A DNA stretch of 64,000 nt from Octopus sinensis (GCF_006345805.1 NC_043015.1:20708001-20772000); one strand, 5' to 3'. Counted from the first letter of the stretch, positions 26,176-40,899 are shown. Translations and numbers: made by a program. Notes: generated by a model from the letters alone, not told the origin.

Positions 26176-26883
26176 CTACCTACACATATATCAGCCTATC
26201 TATATGTGGGCTTATGTCGAACGATTGCTATCGCTTGTAGAACGAGTCAGTTTATCAACTGAGTCGCGCCTCCTTCCTTGAAACGGGAAGGAAGATCCAT
26301 TTTCATCGTACGTGTGCCTATGGCGAAAGAATGTGTATGGTGGACGCGTCTGAAGGGTCTAGAGACAAACATTTACCTCTCTGGTCAATCTCTCCTCAAT
26401 TTCTTCACGTATCACTTGAAGAGGAATGTGAGAGAGGGAAGTTTTGTCAAGTGAATGTTTAAAAAAAGACGGGTGAATGTAGCAAGGATGGCACTTGTGA
26501 ATGACGGAGTCAACTTGAGCATAATCCTATTAACCAAAAGGAGAGAGGAAAAAAGAGAGTTATTTACTCTAATGTCTTTTTTGTTGTTGACATTATTGCC
26601 CAAGATTACCGTGGTCTCTTCCGTAGGCTTTTCTTTCCACAGATAAACCTAATCTGTTCGCCCTTTTTATATTATGACATTTCTGTGATACACGATCCCT
26701 AGTGATCGGCCCTTTTTTTTCTCCTCGATCCATTTTGATCGAAGTTCTACCCACACCTTTTTTTCTTCTTCACCAAAAGAAAAGATCTACTTTGTATTTT
26801 GTATCCTCTGTGCAGCCCTGTGTAGCCAATAAAGAAACATATCTATCTATCTATCTACATATCTATCTACACATCTACCTACA

Positions 26884-26971
<88 letters not shown>

Positions 26972-28212
26972 ATTGTGCGAGTGTAGGTGTGTAACTGTCT
27001 ATGAGTATGTCACACTAATAACAAAAAAAAAGACCCCATAAAATACATGGGCGAAAATAATAATGAGACCAGTCTCCCCCACATACACATCGAAGAAAAT
27101 GAAAAAAAATTATAAAAGAAAGTCTATCTTATATCATTTTATATAACTAATAAAATATTAAACAAAAAAACGCAAACATAAAAAAATAACTCCGAAACGT
27201 CTGATAATAGAACAATCAGCTTGATCTCTCATTTGATAGAATTTCGAGCTAATAATTCTATCATCTGGTTAGCTGATTCCCAGAGAAACCAAAAACGAAA
27301 AAAGAAAGAAAAACTAAAAATCACAAAATAAAAAAGAACAAAAATGTCAACTATCAAAGATTCTAATAGAATATTCTACCAATTCATTAATGTTTCGTTT
27401 TTGTTGTTGTTTTTTTTTTATTTTTCCACTTTGGTAAATGTATTCTCTGCTAATGTTCGTTATAATAATTGAGACGACTGCAGAATATGTCTATAGACAC
27501 AATCTATTGAAAATAGTGAAAGCACGAATAAGCAAGTCAATTTGGTACCGAACAAACAGTCTCTATGTATATTAAACGGCTGATACTAATTGTGTGTCCA
27601 CTGAGCCCAAATGCTTAACGGCTTAGCTTTATTAATTTATCACCAGGTCAGCGTTAATAGAGTAGATTTATAAGTAAAGACGTTCCGTTCACCAGTGTTT
27701 CGTCTGTCAGAGATTTCTGATGGTTATTTCGCCGATTACGACAATGAAGTTTTCGCAAAGCCGAAAACTCCACTGAATGTAAGTGGCCGAATATACCATA
27801 GAAATGTGTCCTTAATGCCGTTCCCGAGCCGAATTGTCGTAAGGCAATATACAGGTACAGTCCGGCCTAGAGTGTCCACACAATCTCTGGCTATCCGAGT
27901 TCAATCACACGGGTTCCATCGAAGCGAGGTTATGCTCAATTCGTCTAAGATGATGTCAAATACTGACATCCAACATGCGAACCCTTGACCACTCAACGAA
28001 TCTTTTAGCCACTCAATCATGTCTATATTAAATAGGGCTGCATTATCTAACGTCTCTTCCCATCTTTATGACTCTAGGTTAGAATTTAATGAACATTTAG
28101 CAGTTATTTTTAGCAGTCGTACAGTCACGTAGATATTGCGCTTGCTTTTTATATTTTTTAAGAAGGAACCGTGTTGTAATTATAAGTTACCGCTGGAAGC
28201 ATCAGTCTTATA

Positions 28213-28266
28213 CTGTGAACTAACGGATGACTCGTTTAGTCAAACGAGTCATCCGTTAGTTCACAG
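28213..28266. repeat. Perfect 25-bp inverted repeat, 4-nt loop
   Basis: ctgtgaactaacggatgactcgttt-agtc-aaacgagtcatccgttagttcacag. Confidence 0.95.
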
Positions 28267-28760
28267 CAACAATGGACATGTTTACTGTGGCTAGGGCCCA
28301 AGTTACCATTGAGCCACCGAATGCCGATTAAATAAAGTTGAATAACAATGTTCAGGCAGTAAGATTTAATCATATAAAACAAACACAAGATACAGCTGAA
28401 AAGTAAACTATCTAATTATGAATAAAAAATGTTTTTGACCCAGAGTTGGACGCAGAAATGTGACGAAAATTTTGGTACATCAACAAACAAAGCAAACCAG
28501 TGTTTCCGCGTCCTTGAATAGCTAAAATAACTATTCTACGAAATAATTGATTTCGATGATAACGACGCTTCGCACAGTCAGTAATTATGCCATTTGTTAG
28601 ACAACTTCACCGTCAAAATTCCATATGATCGCCAATAACCCTTCAATATCACGAGGTGTTTCGCAATGACGATTTTTTCCTCCAATAACACAGATTTCAA
28701 CGTGGCCCTCTATGAAATTTCTACGATCTGATTATCTATCTATTTGTTTATATAACACAA

Positions 28761-28792
28761 TATAAACCAGTTGTTTGCACAACTGGTTTATA
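28761..28792. repeat. Perfect 14-bp inverted repeat, 4-nt loop
   Basis: tataaaccagttgt-ttgc-acaactggtttata. Confidence 0.9.
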
Positions 28793-28949
28793 GGAGTTAA
28801 CCGGCTTTCACGCTAACAGCTGCTTAAAATTTAACAACTTGTTCAGTGTGAGATTTTCAGCTCATCTTATTAAATACTTTTAAAGGGGATAGAAGAAAAA
28901 GTATTCTCATTCTCTGTATTTATCTTCGGAAAGGTTATCCACAATTATT

Positions 28950-29150
28950 TTAGTTTTCAGAAGTACGTTACTTAATCTATCGGTATTATTTGCCGAGCTG
29001 CTAGATTACGGGGACTCAAACCAACACCGGTTGTTAAGCGACGAGGGGTGACATACTTAAAGGCAGACTAACAAATTCAATCACAAGGGTTTAGTAGGTT
29101 TGGGGAAATAATAGAAGACAGCCACCCCATGGGCTGTGCAATAGGACTGA
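28950..29150 (-). mobile_element. Decayed SINE family B
   Basis: Reverse complement of the family B body (ttgccgagctgctagattacgggga...). Confidence 0.65.
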
Positions 29151-29331
29151 ACCTGAATTCATTTTTTGGTGAAAATTTCTAAGGTGAAACTTGAAGGAGA
29201 TTTAGCTGCTTTTGTAGTAGATCCTGGGGCCAGGAAGACGCAGGTTAGTCGTAGGGTCACTTAAATTTATTTTGAATTATGGCATACTCACTGCAGATGG
29301 AAACCACAGTCGGTAATATAGTCTGGTGACT

Positions 29332-29508
29332 CGTATGTATGTATGTATGTATGTATGTATGTATGTATGTATGTATGTATGTATGTATGTATGTATGTAT
29401 GTACGTATGTGTGTGTGTATGTATATATGTGTGCATGTGTTTGTATGTATATATGTGTGTGTGTATGTATGCATGCGTATGTACGTGTGTATGTATGTGT
29501 GTGTGTGG
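29332..29508. repeat. (ATGT)n/(TG)n tract
   Basis: Direct reading. Confidence 0.95.
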
Positions 29509-30109
29509 TTTTCCATACACCTCAGTTTGTGAACAACAGTATCGTTGGGCGCAGATTTTGAGAGGGTTGAATCGACTCTTATTTTGCTTCTAGGCATAAT
29601 GACAGGGAAGTATCGGCAACTTCGTTTAGAATAAATGTCATTAGAGATTTTGCTTGAAAAGGAACGTTTATTTATATATCTCGGTTAGAATTATACGTCC
29701 ACCCTTTATCCATCCATCCATCCACACACACACACACAAAATAATCACATTTGGAAAGGCAAGGGCTAATGGTTAGAATTTGGGGTTCTCGACCAATGAA
29801 ATCAATTTCTAAAGCGGGTTGCATGTTATATCCTCGAGTAAAATTTAGAACCTATTTCTCACAATCTTACTACTGGAAGTACCGAGAGAGAGTGTAACTA
29901 TGTCAGCGTGCGATTACACAGCCATCGAAACTAAACTGGCGCAGCGACAACGGCACCAGTTACCTGGCCATATTCACTTGCGAGTTACTGCGAAGCGTTG
30001 TTTAAAATTTTACCTGTGGGTGCCGGATTTATGCTATGACGTAACGTAGGAACGCAGCAATAAAATTATATCGAAACAGTTGTAGTGAATTTTAAACTCA
30101 CATTGTGCT

Positions 30110-30552
30110 TTTCTTATATATATGTGTGTGTGAGTATTTGTGTGAGTGTATATATATATATATATGTATGTGTGTATATATGTGTGTATACTTATATGTG
30201 TATGTGTGTACATGTGTGTATATATATTTGTGTGTTTATATATATGTGTATTTATATACATATGTGTGTGTGTATGTGTATGTGTGTACGTGTGTGTATA
30301 TATGTGTGTATACTTATATGTGTATGTGTGTACGTGTGTGTATATATGTCTGTGTGTGTTTGTATGTGTATATATATGTGTGTGTGTGTTTATATATATG
30401 TGTATACATATGTGTATATATGTGTGTATATACATGTGTATATATGTGTGTATATACATGTGTATATATGTGTGTATATACATATATGTGTATGTCTGTG
30501 TACATGTATGTATATATATTTGTGTGTTTATATATATATGTGTGTGTGTGTA
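30110..30552. repeat. Compound TG/TA low-complexity tract with higher-order repeats
   Basis: Direct reading. Explains the overlapping CVY/HTY ORFs. Confidence 0.92.
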
Positions 30553-31994
30553 AATGACACATTTGATACGTTGTGTATTGTGTTGCATCTGAAAGCGCGA
30601 GAGGTGAAGTAGCAGAAAGTTAGACTATTTATTCCTCAGGTCAATTGAATTTGCTGATCTCAACAACGAAATCTCATTGACTGGTATTAGTTCAGCCAAA
30701 CTCCAATACTGCTGTCCTTACGACCGAATGTCGTATACAGCTCGACTATTATTATTCATACTTTACCCAAGTACTTACTCTAAGTTCCGCCCCAAAAATA
30801 AAAATTTTGACATTTTCTCGAAATCCCTGCTAGGTTTCTGCATCTTTCTGCAATAATATTTCCATGTAAATTGGCGCCAGTATCTATTAAGGTGCATTGC
30901 TATTACCATACAGCAGAAAGTTTTTATTAATTGCAACTAGAAAGCCGCATTTAAATAGAAACACTTCTGAATATTTCGATAGATGGAAAAGTATATGAGG
31001 TAGTCAGTTATAAACGACGTTTGCAAGAAAACGGAAAGTGTGAACGAAAGAAGCTGTGAGAAATGAGTCAGAAATTTAAATTGAAAGCCAGGCATAAATA
31101 TAGATAAATAGATAAGATAACGCAAGAGGAAATTCTATAGATATGTATGCCGGTACATCCGTAGAGCGCTAAATAGATAGGTAGGCAGGCAGGTAGATAG
31201 AGGGATAGAGAAGTAGGTAGATAGTGATGTAGGTAGCCAGGTAGATATGTAGGAAGGTAAGAACTAGTAAATCTGTTGTTAAGTGAAGAACTGATGTATG
31301 ACTTGGACATATGATTCTAATTGACTGCTGTGTTTCAGAGAGTAGAATTTGGAAACGGTTTCAAATTAAGACTTCTTCACAGAAGTATCTCTTGTTTCCT
31401 TGCATTAAATTTAACACTCATCACGGTTACTACTCTTACTGCGCAGTTTCTTGGATTTTAAGCTGCTTACATAAGATTTCTCCCTCCATGCCTCTGTTAG
31501 GCTGTCTTTCTACGTCTCTCTTTCACTAGCATCCATTATTTCCTATTGCCTATTCTTTTCTCATGTTTTCCTTCTACCTTCCTTGCTTTCTTTCTTTATT
31601 ACGTCCTCACACTATCCCTCTGGACTCGTATGCCTGCTTCTACATATGAGTAATATACAGGCGACCTCCCTTCCTCCCTCCCTCCCTCCCTCCCTTCCTT
31701 CCTCCCTCCCTATCTAGCTGCTTACCTATCCAATTATCTATCTACAAAGAAACCAACCTGCTAACCAGCCAACCCGCCAACCAACCATCCGACCAGCCTA
31801 CAAACCTGCACAAACATTACATAAACGTGTTTCCACTCCTCATCTACCTACCAACATACACATCCACATATCTATCTGCTTATTTCTCTTTCCTATACAC
31901 ACTCACCTATACATGAGCGACGACGGAGCGGGAGGGAGATAACATGCACACGTGTGCGTGTGCGTAAGTGTGTATGTGTGTGTATATATATACA

Positions 31995-32064
<70 letters not shown>

Positions 32065-32208
32065 ACTATCTATTTATCTGTCCATGTGTGTGTAAATGTG
32101 TCTGCCTGTCAAAATTTCTCAATTTCTCTCTATCTATGTCTGTCTGTCTATCTACCTATCTCCTAGCTTCTCTCTCTCTTCCTCTCACTCTCTCTCTCTC
32201 TCTCGCTA

Positions 32209-32242
<34 letters not shown>

Positions 32243-32568
32243 ACAAAGTTACACAATATCACTAGTACTGTTGTCATCTTATACCATTGCACCATATTTG
32301 TCTATACAGCAGTGAAAAAAAAAGTATCGATCCTAACCAACACTATACCCCCCGCCCCCACACATACACTAGACCACACACAAACACAAACACAAACAAA
32401 CAAAGAGTTTTAAAAGACATGTGCAGACAATTAGAGACTATATTTCTCATTCTTACATCAATATTCACACGCATACTTGCTAACTCATGGATACATTCCC
32501 AAATAAAACAATTGCTTCCGCAGGAACAAGCACATTAACACACACGTATATGTATATATATATGTATT

Positions 32569-32659
<91 letters not shown>

Positions 32660-32910
32660 TGCGTGTGTGTATGTGGGTGTGTCACCAGCTATTATTTACA
32701 TGCATTCGGGCAATTTTTTACGAGTATATATTTTAAACTAGAATATATTTACTCACCCCTTAAACGTATATTCGTAAGGGAATATATATATATATACATA
32801 TATATACATATACATATATATACATATACATATACATACATATACATACATACATACATGCATACATACAGACATACATACATACATACATACATACGCA
32901 TATATATCTA

Positions 32911-33342
32911 GACGCAGGAGTGGCTGTGTAGTAAGTAGCTTGTTTACCAACCACATGGTTCCGTGTTCAGTACCACTGCGTGGCATCTTGGGCAAGTGTC
33001 TTCTACTATAGCCTCGGGCCGCCGAAAGCTTTGTGAGTGGATCTCGTAGACGGAAACTGAAAGAAGCCCGTTGTATATATATATATATTTAGCCAAATAT
33101 TTAAACGTATATATATATATATATATATATATAGGTATGTGTACATGCTTGTGTGTCTGTGTTTGCCTCTCCCCTCCAACATTGCTTGACAGCCGATGCT
33201 GCTGTGTTTACTTCCCCGTAATCTAGCGGTTCGGCAAAAGAGTAAGTACTAGACTAACAAAGAATAAGTGCTGGGGTCGATTTGTCCGACTAAAGGCCGT
33301 GCTCCAGCATCACCGCAGTCAATGACTGAAACAAATGAAGAA
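32911..33342 (+). mobile_element. SINE family B, full length
   Basis: gcaggagtggctgtgtagtaag...gttcagtacc...tgactgaaac. Confidence 0.92.
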
Positions 33343-33351
33343 TATATATAT

Positions 33352-33417
<66 letters not shown>

Positions 33418-33618
33418 CTTCGTTTTTCCTTGGGGCTGGCCAGATTGGAGCCATCTCAAGAATTATCAGCCAAAATTGCGAGGATAATCTGGTTCTGAAG
33501 ATTAGAATACTTGGAATGATCTGTCCTTGTTTTCTTTGTATCTTCTATCTGGATGTTTTGTTGTTCTTTTTTGTATCCGTAGTTCCCCGGATGTTTTGCG
33601 TTCTTGTCCCATTTTGTA

Positions 33619-33677
<59 letters not shown>

Positions 33678-34260
33678 TCACAGACACACACATAAGTCTG
33701 CATGACCACAACCTACCGACTAATAAGCCTGGCCTCTTATGAAAAATGAAGTGTTATATGAAAATGTAGAATTAAATAGAAGATTAAAAGATGGAATGCC
33801 TACAGAGAGGATTAGCTTTGTTATACCCCGCAGTAAAACTGATCCCGGAAATTACCCATTGCCAGCATATCAGTAATTCACGTAGCAGAACAAACAGTTG
33901 AAAATATGTCTTCGTACATTGAAATTGAAATCTTGTGCAATTATATCCATTGCAATATTGCTTTTAAAAACAACTTGGCACACTCCGATTCCTCACAAAA
34001 TCATGATTGTCCAGAACCGGCTTTCACCAATCAATGCTTGATTCCCGTCCACAATGATGTACTATACCAAACATTAAAAATATTTACCATAGTCTCGTGA
34101 ACCTAGTAAAATTCATGAATTTCTTTAATTTCTTTAATTGACGAACCCAGTGGCGGTTAAATCATTTTGGCATACCACAGTAAACTTTAGCATAAAATCT
34201 CCATACAAGCACATATATAATTTTGCGCGCGTGAACTTCCCCACCCCTAAGACCTCCCCC

Positions 34261-34457
34261 AGGAGTGGCTATGTGGTAAGATGCTTTCTTCCCAGCCACA
34301 TGGTTCCGGGTTCAATCCCACTGCGTCGCACCTCGGGCACGTGCTTTCTAATATGGGCTGGGGCCAATCAAATCCTTGTGGGTGGATTTGGTAGACGGAA
34401 ACTGAAAGAAGCCTATCGTATATATATATATATATATATATTATAATATATGTATGT

Positions 34458-34527
<70 letters not shown>

Positions 34528-34712
34528 TCCTCCCACCATCGCTTCACAACCGATGTTGGTGAGTTTATAACCCCCGTAACTTAGCGGTTCAGCAAAAAAG
34601 ATCGATAGAATAAGTACTAGGCTTACACAGAGTAAGTTCTGGGGTCGACTTTTCAGCTAAAGGCTATGCCACAGCATGGCCGCGGTGTAATGGCTGAAAC
34701 AAGTAAAAGAAT
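34261..34712 (+). mobile_element. SINE family B, full length
   Basis: aggagtggctatgtggtaag...ggttcaatccc...gctgaaacaagtaaaag. Confidence 0.92.
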
Positions 34713-35635
34713 ATATATATATATATACAAAGAGAGAGAAAGAGAGACAGAGAGGAGGGAGAGATGGAACAGAGAAAGGGGAGAGAGAGGGGAAGGGCGA
34801 GAAGGGGGGAGGGAGTGATACAGAGAGAGGGAGAGAGTGCTATGTATGTAAACCGATGTGTACCCCTAAAAGAATTACATAAACTTTAAAAGCAATATCC
34901 CGGTTTATCCTAAAAAAACTGCGTACATAATATTTGTTCCGGCTAATATCATGTACGCTTCCTCGCTGGAACCCTGTCAGGCGCAGTGAAGCAGTCCCTT
35001 GGACAAATGTAACTAACATCATTATCAATATTTTTTCCCTACAAACTTCTATTAGAAAAAAGAAATACCTAAATCGCCACAACAACTCTGAATATATATA
35101 GATATGTAGACTTAATTCAGAAATAGAACAGGTTAGCACAAACATACACACACATACATAGAAATACAAATACATCCATGCATACGTATACAACTCACAT
35201 GCAGACTAACACATGCGTTGACATACATATTAAGAAACATACAATATACCACACACACACACACACACACAACATTTATACACACCTACGTAACACATAT
35301 ACACTCATATACGACTTTATTTCAAGCAAGCAATGAGGTGTGAAAAATTATGTCAATAAGAATCATGACAGATATTCCCATGTCACCGAGGTTAATGTGA
35401 GAAGCAAGGCTATATACTTACATACATACATACTAACATACATATATTATATATATATATATATATATACTTATCTTTTATATATATACATATACATTAT
35501 CTTTTTATAATATACATATATACTTATCTTTTAATTATATTATATATATCTATATATATATAATATTTATATATAAATAGTATATATATATATAATATAT
35601 ATACTTGTCTTAATGTACATTCTTATAATACACAA

Positions 35636-35669
<34 letters not shown>

Positions 35670-35699
35670 CCAACACGTACATGCATGTAGACAAGTGCC

Positions 35700-35763
<64 letters not shown>

Positions 35764-35791
35764 GTGCGTGTGTCTGTAACATATATATATA

Positions 35792-35833
<42 letters not shown>

Positions 35834-36568
35834 GTAATAGACCAGTTCCTCTGAGTGCCAAAGTGTAATATATTTTCTATAATAATATATTTTACAAACA
35901 AGAGATGTCGATACGAAATGTTATATATCTTACTGGTGTCTACGCAGTTAATTACTTACACACGTTACAGACACACACACATACATAAAATATATATATA
36001 GATATACATACATATATACACACACAAATATATGTATAGATCTATACTCATATGTACGCACACATACATATACACACCTATAAACAAACACAAACACACA
36101 CAATCTCCACAAACATTGACTTACAAAAATAGACCAGAAATATATGTTAAAAACGCCATTTGTCTTAGATTCCAGAACATTTTTGGATATTAAACAAAGA
36201 AAGTTAATAAACAAATAAATACATAAATGAATAAAAAAAATAACGGAAGAGAATCTCGAAGGTAAGCCAAGTGGCTTCGCGTGTTTTATTCAAAGATCAT
36301 CCGCATATCATTTGACTCCATTGCGCTATCTCCTATATTTAAACTCGTTACCTGATACCTCGCCCCCTCTTCTTCTCCCTCACACTACCTTCTCTCTCCA
36401 CTTAACCCACCACCACTCCGCTCTACTCCACTGCTCAAGGGAGTCTGGGTATGCAGTCCAGCTATCTTCTTTGCTCCTCTCTTTCTTTAACAGTTTCAAC
36501 GAACGTCAGAATATTGGATAAGCTATTTGTTAATATATGTAATTAAATACAATAGCAACAATAATAAT

Positions 36569-36970
36569 AATCTTTTCTACTATAGGCACAAGGCCTGAAA
36601 ATTTGGCGGGGATGGGGGGCTAGTCGAATATATCGACTCCAGTGCGTAACTGGTACTCATTTTATCGACTCTCAAAGGATGGAAGGCAAAGTCGACCTCG
36701 GTGGAATTTGAACACAGAATGTAGCGATGGCAGAAATACCTATTTCTTTACTACCCACAAGGGGCTAAACACAGAGCGGACAAACAAGCACAGACAAACG
36801 GATTAAGTCGATTACATCGGCCCCAGTGCGTAACTGGTACTTATTTAATCTACCCCGAAAGGATGAAAGGCAAAGTCGACCTCGGCGGAATTTGAACTCA
36901 GAACGTAACGGCAGACGAAATACCGATAAGCATTTCGCCCGGCGTGCTAACAATTCTTCTAGATTGCCGT
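36569..36970 (-). mobile_element. SINE family A, dimeric form
   Basis: Same dimer junction; (TAA)n lies at its 5' flank. Confidence 0.92.
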
Positions 36971-36974
36971 CTTG

Positions 36975-37013
<39 letters not shown>

Positions 37014-37109
37014 TATATTGGTCATTCTCCGGGAAAATTCCAACCATTAAAAGCCTTCCCTATACAGTGTGCAGGAACTTGCGAAAAGATTGAACGTGGG
37101 AGTGTAAAT

Positions 37110-37521
37110 ATGCACACACACACCACACACATATATAATATATATATATATAATTATATATATATATATATATCTACTATATATATACCTACACACACAC
37201 ACACATAATGTATATATATGTTACAGCACACACGATGGGCTTTCACGATTCCCCCCATACAGTAATGATCACCACGTGACAATATTAGATAACACGATGT
37301 GCCGTGCAGTGAAATCGAACTCAGATACACGTGCTCGGGAAGATATCATTTTACCTCTGATACGGTATTAAGTTATCAACCTATGACTTTTTATCTCCTT
37401 CGCAACTGCAATCTCTTGTCTTTCTTCCTTTCTCTCCCTCTCTCACTTTTTCTATCTATAGAGCAGAGTGCCTGCACGACAATACACCCCTCCACGATAT
37501 CCTCTCCCTGGAGCTCATATG

Positions 37522-37568
<47 letters not shown>

Positions 37569-37710
37569 GCATGCATGTGCATACACATGTGTATATATGT
37601 GTATGTATACGTATGTACATATGAATAGGTGGGTGTGCATGATTATCTTACGTCAGTGTGATTATTTAAGCGCATGTATATATGCACACACACACACACA
37701 CAATATATAT

Positions 37711-37764
<54 letters not shown>

Positions 37765-38290
37765 CAACACACACACACACACACACACACACGCATAAAT
37801 GTATATATATGTTAGAGCACACACGATGGGCTTTCACGATTCCCCCCCTACAGTAATGATCACCACGTGACATATTAGATAACACGATGTGCCGTGCAGG
37901 AAATCGAACTCAGATACACGTGCTCGGGAAGATATCATTTTACCTCTGATACGGTATTAATTATCAACCTATGACTTTTTATCTCCTTCGCAACTGCAAT
38001 CTCTGTCTTTCTTCCTTTCTCTCCCTCTCTCACTTTTTCTATCTATAGAGCAGAGTGCCTGCACGACAATACACCCCTCCACGATATCCTCTCCCTGGAG
38101 CTCATAATGTATATGTATATATATAATATATAATATATATATATATACGCATGCATGTGCATACACATGTGTATATATGTGTATGTATACGTATGTACAT
38201 ATGAATAGGTGGGTGTGCATGATTATCTTACGTCAGTGTGATTATTTACAAGCGCATGTATATATGCACACACACACACACACACACACA
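37110..38290. repeat. 591-bp tandem duplication
   Basis: The unique block starting at 37220 recurs at 37811. Differences are mostly 1-nt indels. Confidence 0.93.
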
Positions 38291-40094
38291 TTATATATAT
38301 ATGGCTGCGTACGTATCCGCAAGAGAATCTGAGATGTGTGTGTACATTATGTATATGTATGAGTGCATGCGTTTCTCTGTGTGCGTGTGTTGCTGGCTGT
38401 AAACGAATTTCTTTCTGGTACCTAAAGGTATCGATCAATTAATTGATCTCTGACGAACGAGACGAAAGAAATGAACACCGAGCCTGCCTAACATTATTGA
38501 TTCCCGACATACTTTTAGCACGTCGTTTGTTCATATGACTTTCATGTCAACAAGTGCTTTACATATTAAACAAGTCTGCCACTTTTAACAGTCTAGTTTT
38601 TACTTTCACTTTCGTTTTGCTAAACCTTCCTCGCAGTTTCATTCATCTCATCTCTATCGCTTCAGTATTTCTCTATTTAACCAGCGGGAGACTTTATGCC
38701 AAACAGGGAAGCAGCTCTTCTGCCGTTCAAATACTTTGGAAACCACATATGCTTCAAATCACAGTCTCTTATACTAAAAAGTTACTCGTTGAATAGTATA
38801 GTTGTAGGTATATTATGGCTGAAAACAAAATGGTGTCAGATCATAGCTGGAAAGTCCTTTGATCATAGATCTGCAGATTTGAGTTTAACTTGGGGCTGAA
38901 GACTAAACAGCGCCATCATTAACAACAACATACACCCCCACTCTCACTTTCTCTCCACTTTTATTTACTGAGTTCTTCTATACATTGTGCATCTATCATC
39001 ACATCTCCGCCATCCACGACAAACAGGAAACAGCGACTGTATTAAGAAAAAATGACGAAAATAGGGGGAGGTCTTTCCCCAGCTGCTCGACCTGCTAGGA
39101 ATAAGTACTAAACACCCTAATCGTAATTCTTAAAAAAAAGTTGGGGGAGTTTTCGATAATTTAGTTCGAAATGCTTGTAAAACAAAAACGAGATGTCGAT
39201 GGCAGGAATGCCTTTGATCATAATTTTCGACCTGCAGCTATAATTCAAAGAGCTAAATGTGCTGGCCTTTACACTTCTGTTACCACATCAGGCTTTAATC
39301 GTTGTTATATATTCATTCATTTACAGTCTTCTTATTTATCTTGTCTCTCCTTTCTTCGCCCTCTCTTGTTTAAAATTTCATTCTTTATTAATTATCACTC
39401 AATCTTAACCAGTTTGTCTCCCCCACTCACTTTCACTTCATTTCTCCCTCTCAAACTTTCTCTTCTCCTTATTATCGTCAGCTTCCATCTACTTGCCACT
39501 CTCTCAATCTTCATTTCTCTCTTTTACTTATCTTTCCCCCCCCCATTTCATCCCTTACTGTTGCCCCCCACCCAGTTCTCTTTATTATGTCTTTGATGTG
39601 GCTCTCTCTTTCTCTTCTATCTTCACCCACTCCCGTTTCTTATCTTCCGGTATTGGAGCGTGCTCTCTCTCCTTCGCAATCTACCTGTGTATATCTGCCA
39701 CGTGTATACATATGAAAGGAAATCGTGAGAGACAAAGACAGACGCCCTCTCCTCATCCTCTTTCTCGTTCTCTACTTCCCACCCAAATTTCTTTTCCTTT
39801 CCCTGTTTTACTTCTTGCCCAACCTTTCTATCTACGCATGTTTCATCTAACACCTGGATTATCCAGCCTGGATCCGTTTCGGATATTTCTTCTTCATTTT
39901 CTATTTCCAGCTTATCTTTTGGCTGTTTTTCACGATAACGAAACTATTACACAGTTTCTCCGAACTGACAACGATGGCATTCTGTAACACACACAAACGA
40001 TGGTTTATATATCAAGATATATATACAAAAATAATTTAAACTTAGACTGAAGGATTATTCAATAGTTTTTAATAAAATACACATTTATTAAACA

Positions 40095-40601
40095 CTAGCA
40101 GTATCGCCCGGCGTTGCTCGGGTTTGTAAGGGAAATAACTATATAAGCATTTTTAGAGAGTTACTTCCCTTATAGATGCCAATTTCTTAGCCATTTCTGT
40201 TTTGGTGTCTTCAAGCCGTGAAATCGTTGTTCTAAAAGAATGCTGGTCTCCTTGACAACGCATTACGACGTTGATTTCCTTACACTCCCTTCCCCACAGC
40301 TTCACGAGGGAGGGAAGAAGGGGGAGAAGCACACACAGGTGCAGGTGTGACCGTGGACGCCAACTCCGCCGCCATCGACACACGAAAAATTATGCATTAA
40401 AATGGAATAAAAAATGATGTTAAATTATTTTTAAATCGTAGACTCACCGTAGACGCGCGCTAATAGCCAGACGAGCTCGATATGAATTACGACTATAAGA
40501 TACCCGAATTTGGTTAAACTGCACCGCAAAATGTGGGAGTAGTTAGGAATCTAAATCGAAGGGGACAGACACTCACACAACTACAGTTTTATATATATAG
40601 A
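40095..40601 (-). mobile_element. Non-autonomous Helitron, complete
   Basis: Minus strand 5' A|TCTATATATATAAAA and 3' CTAG|T, with a subterminal GC-rich hairpin (cccgagcaacgccgggcg) about 10 nt before the end. Confidence 0.9.
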
Positions 40602-40646
40602 TTTACAAGGAAACGTTTCACAGAGCCTTCGAAGTTGAATATACGT

Positions 40647-40720
<74 letters not shown>

Positions 40721-40773
40721 ACACACACACGCACACATAGAATAACGTTGTGTTTTCCAGAAGTGAATAACAT

Positions 40774-40858
40774 AGGCGCAGGAGTGGTTATGTTGTAAGA
40801 AGCTTGCTTCCGAACCACATGGTTCCAGTTTCAGTCCCACTGCGTGGCACCTTTGCAA

Positions 40859-40899
<41 letters not shown>

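Noticed and set aside
33420-33620. Possible hammerhead ctgaaga...ggaatgatctgtc in a Penelope-like terminal fragment
   Set aside because: GAAA core absent (GAAU) and stems unconvincing.
38405-38475. Type III hammerhead-like CUGACGA...GAAAG with complementary atttctttc/gaaagaaat
   Set aside because: No stem II can form and stem I does not close at the junction.
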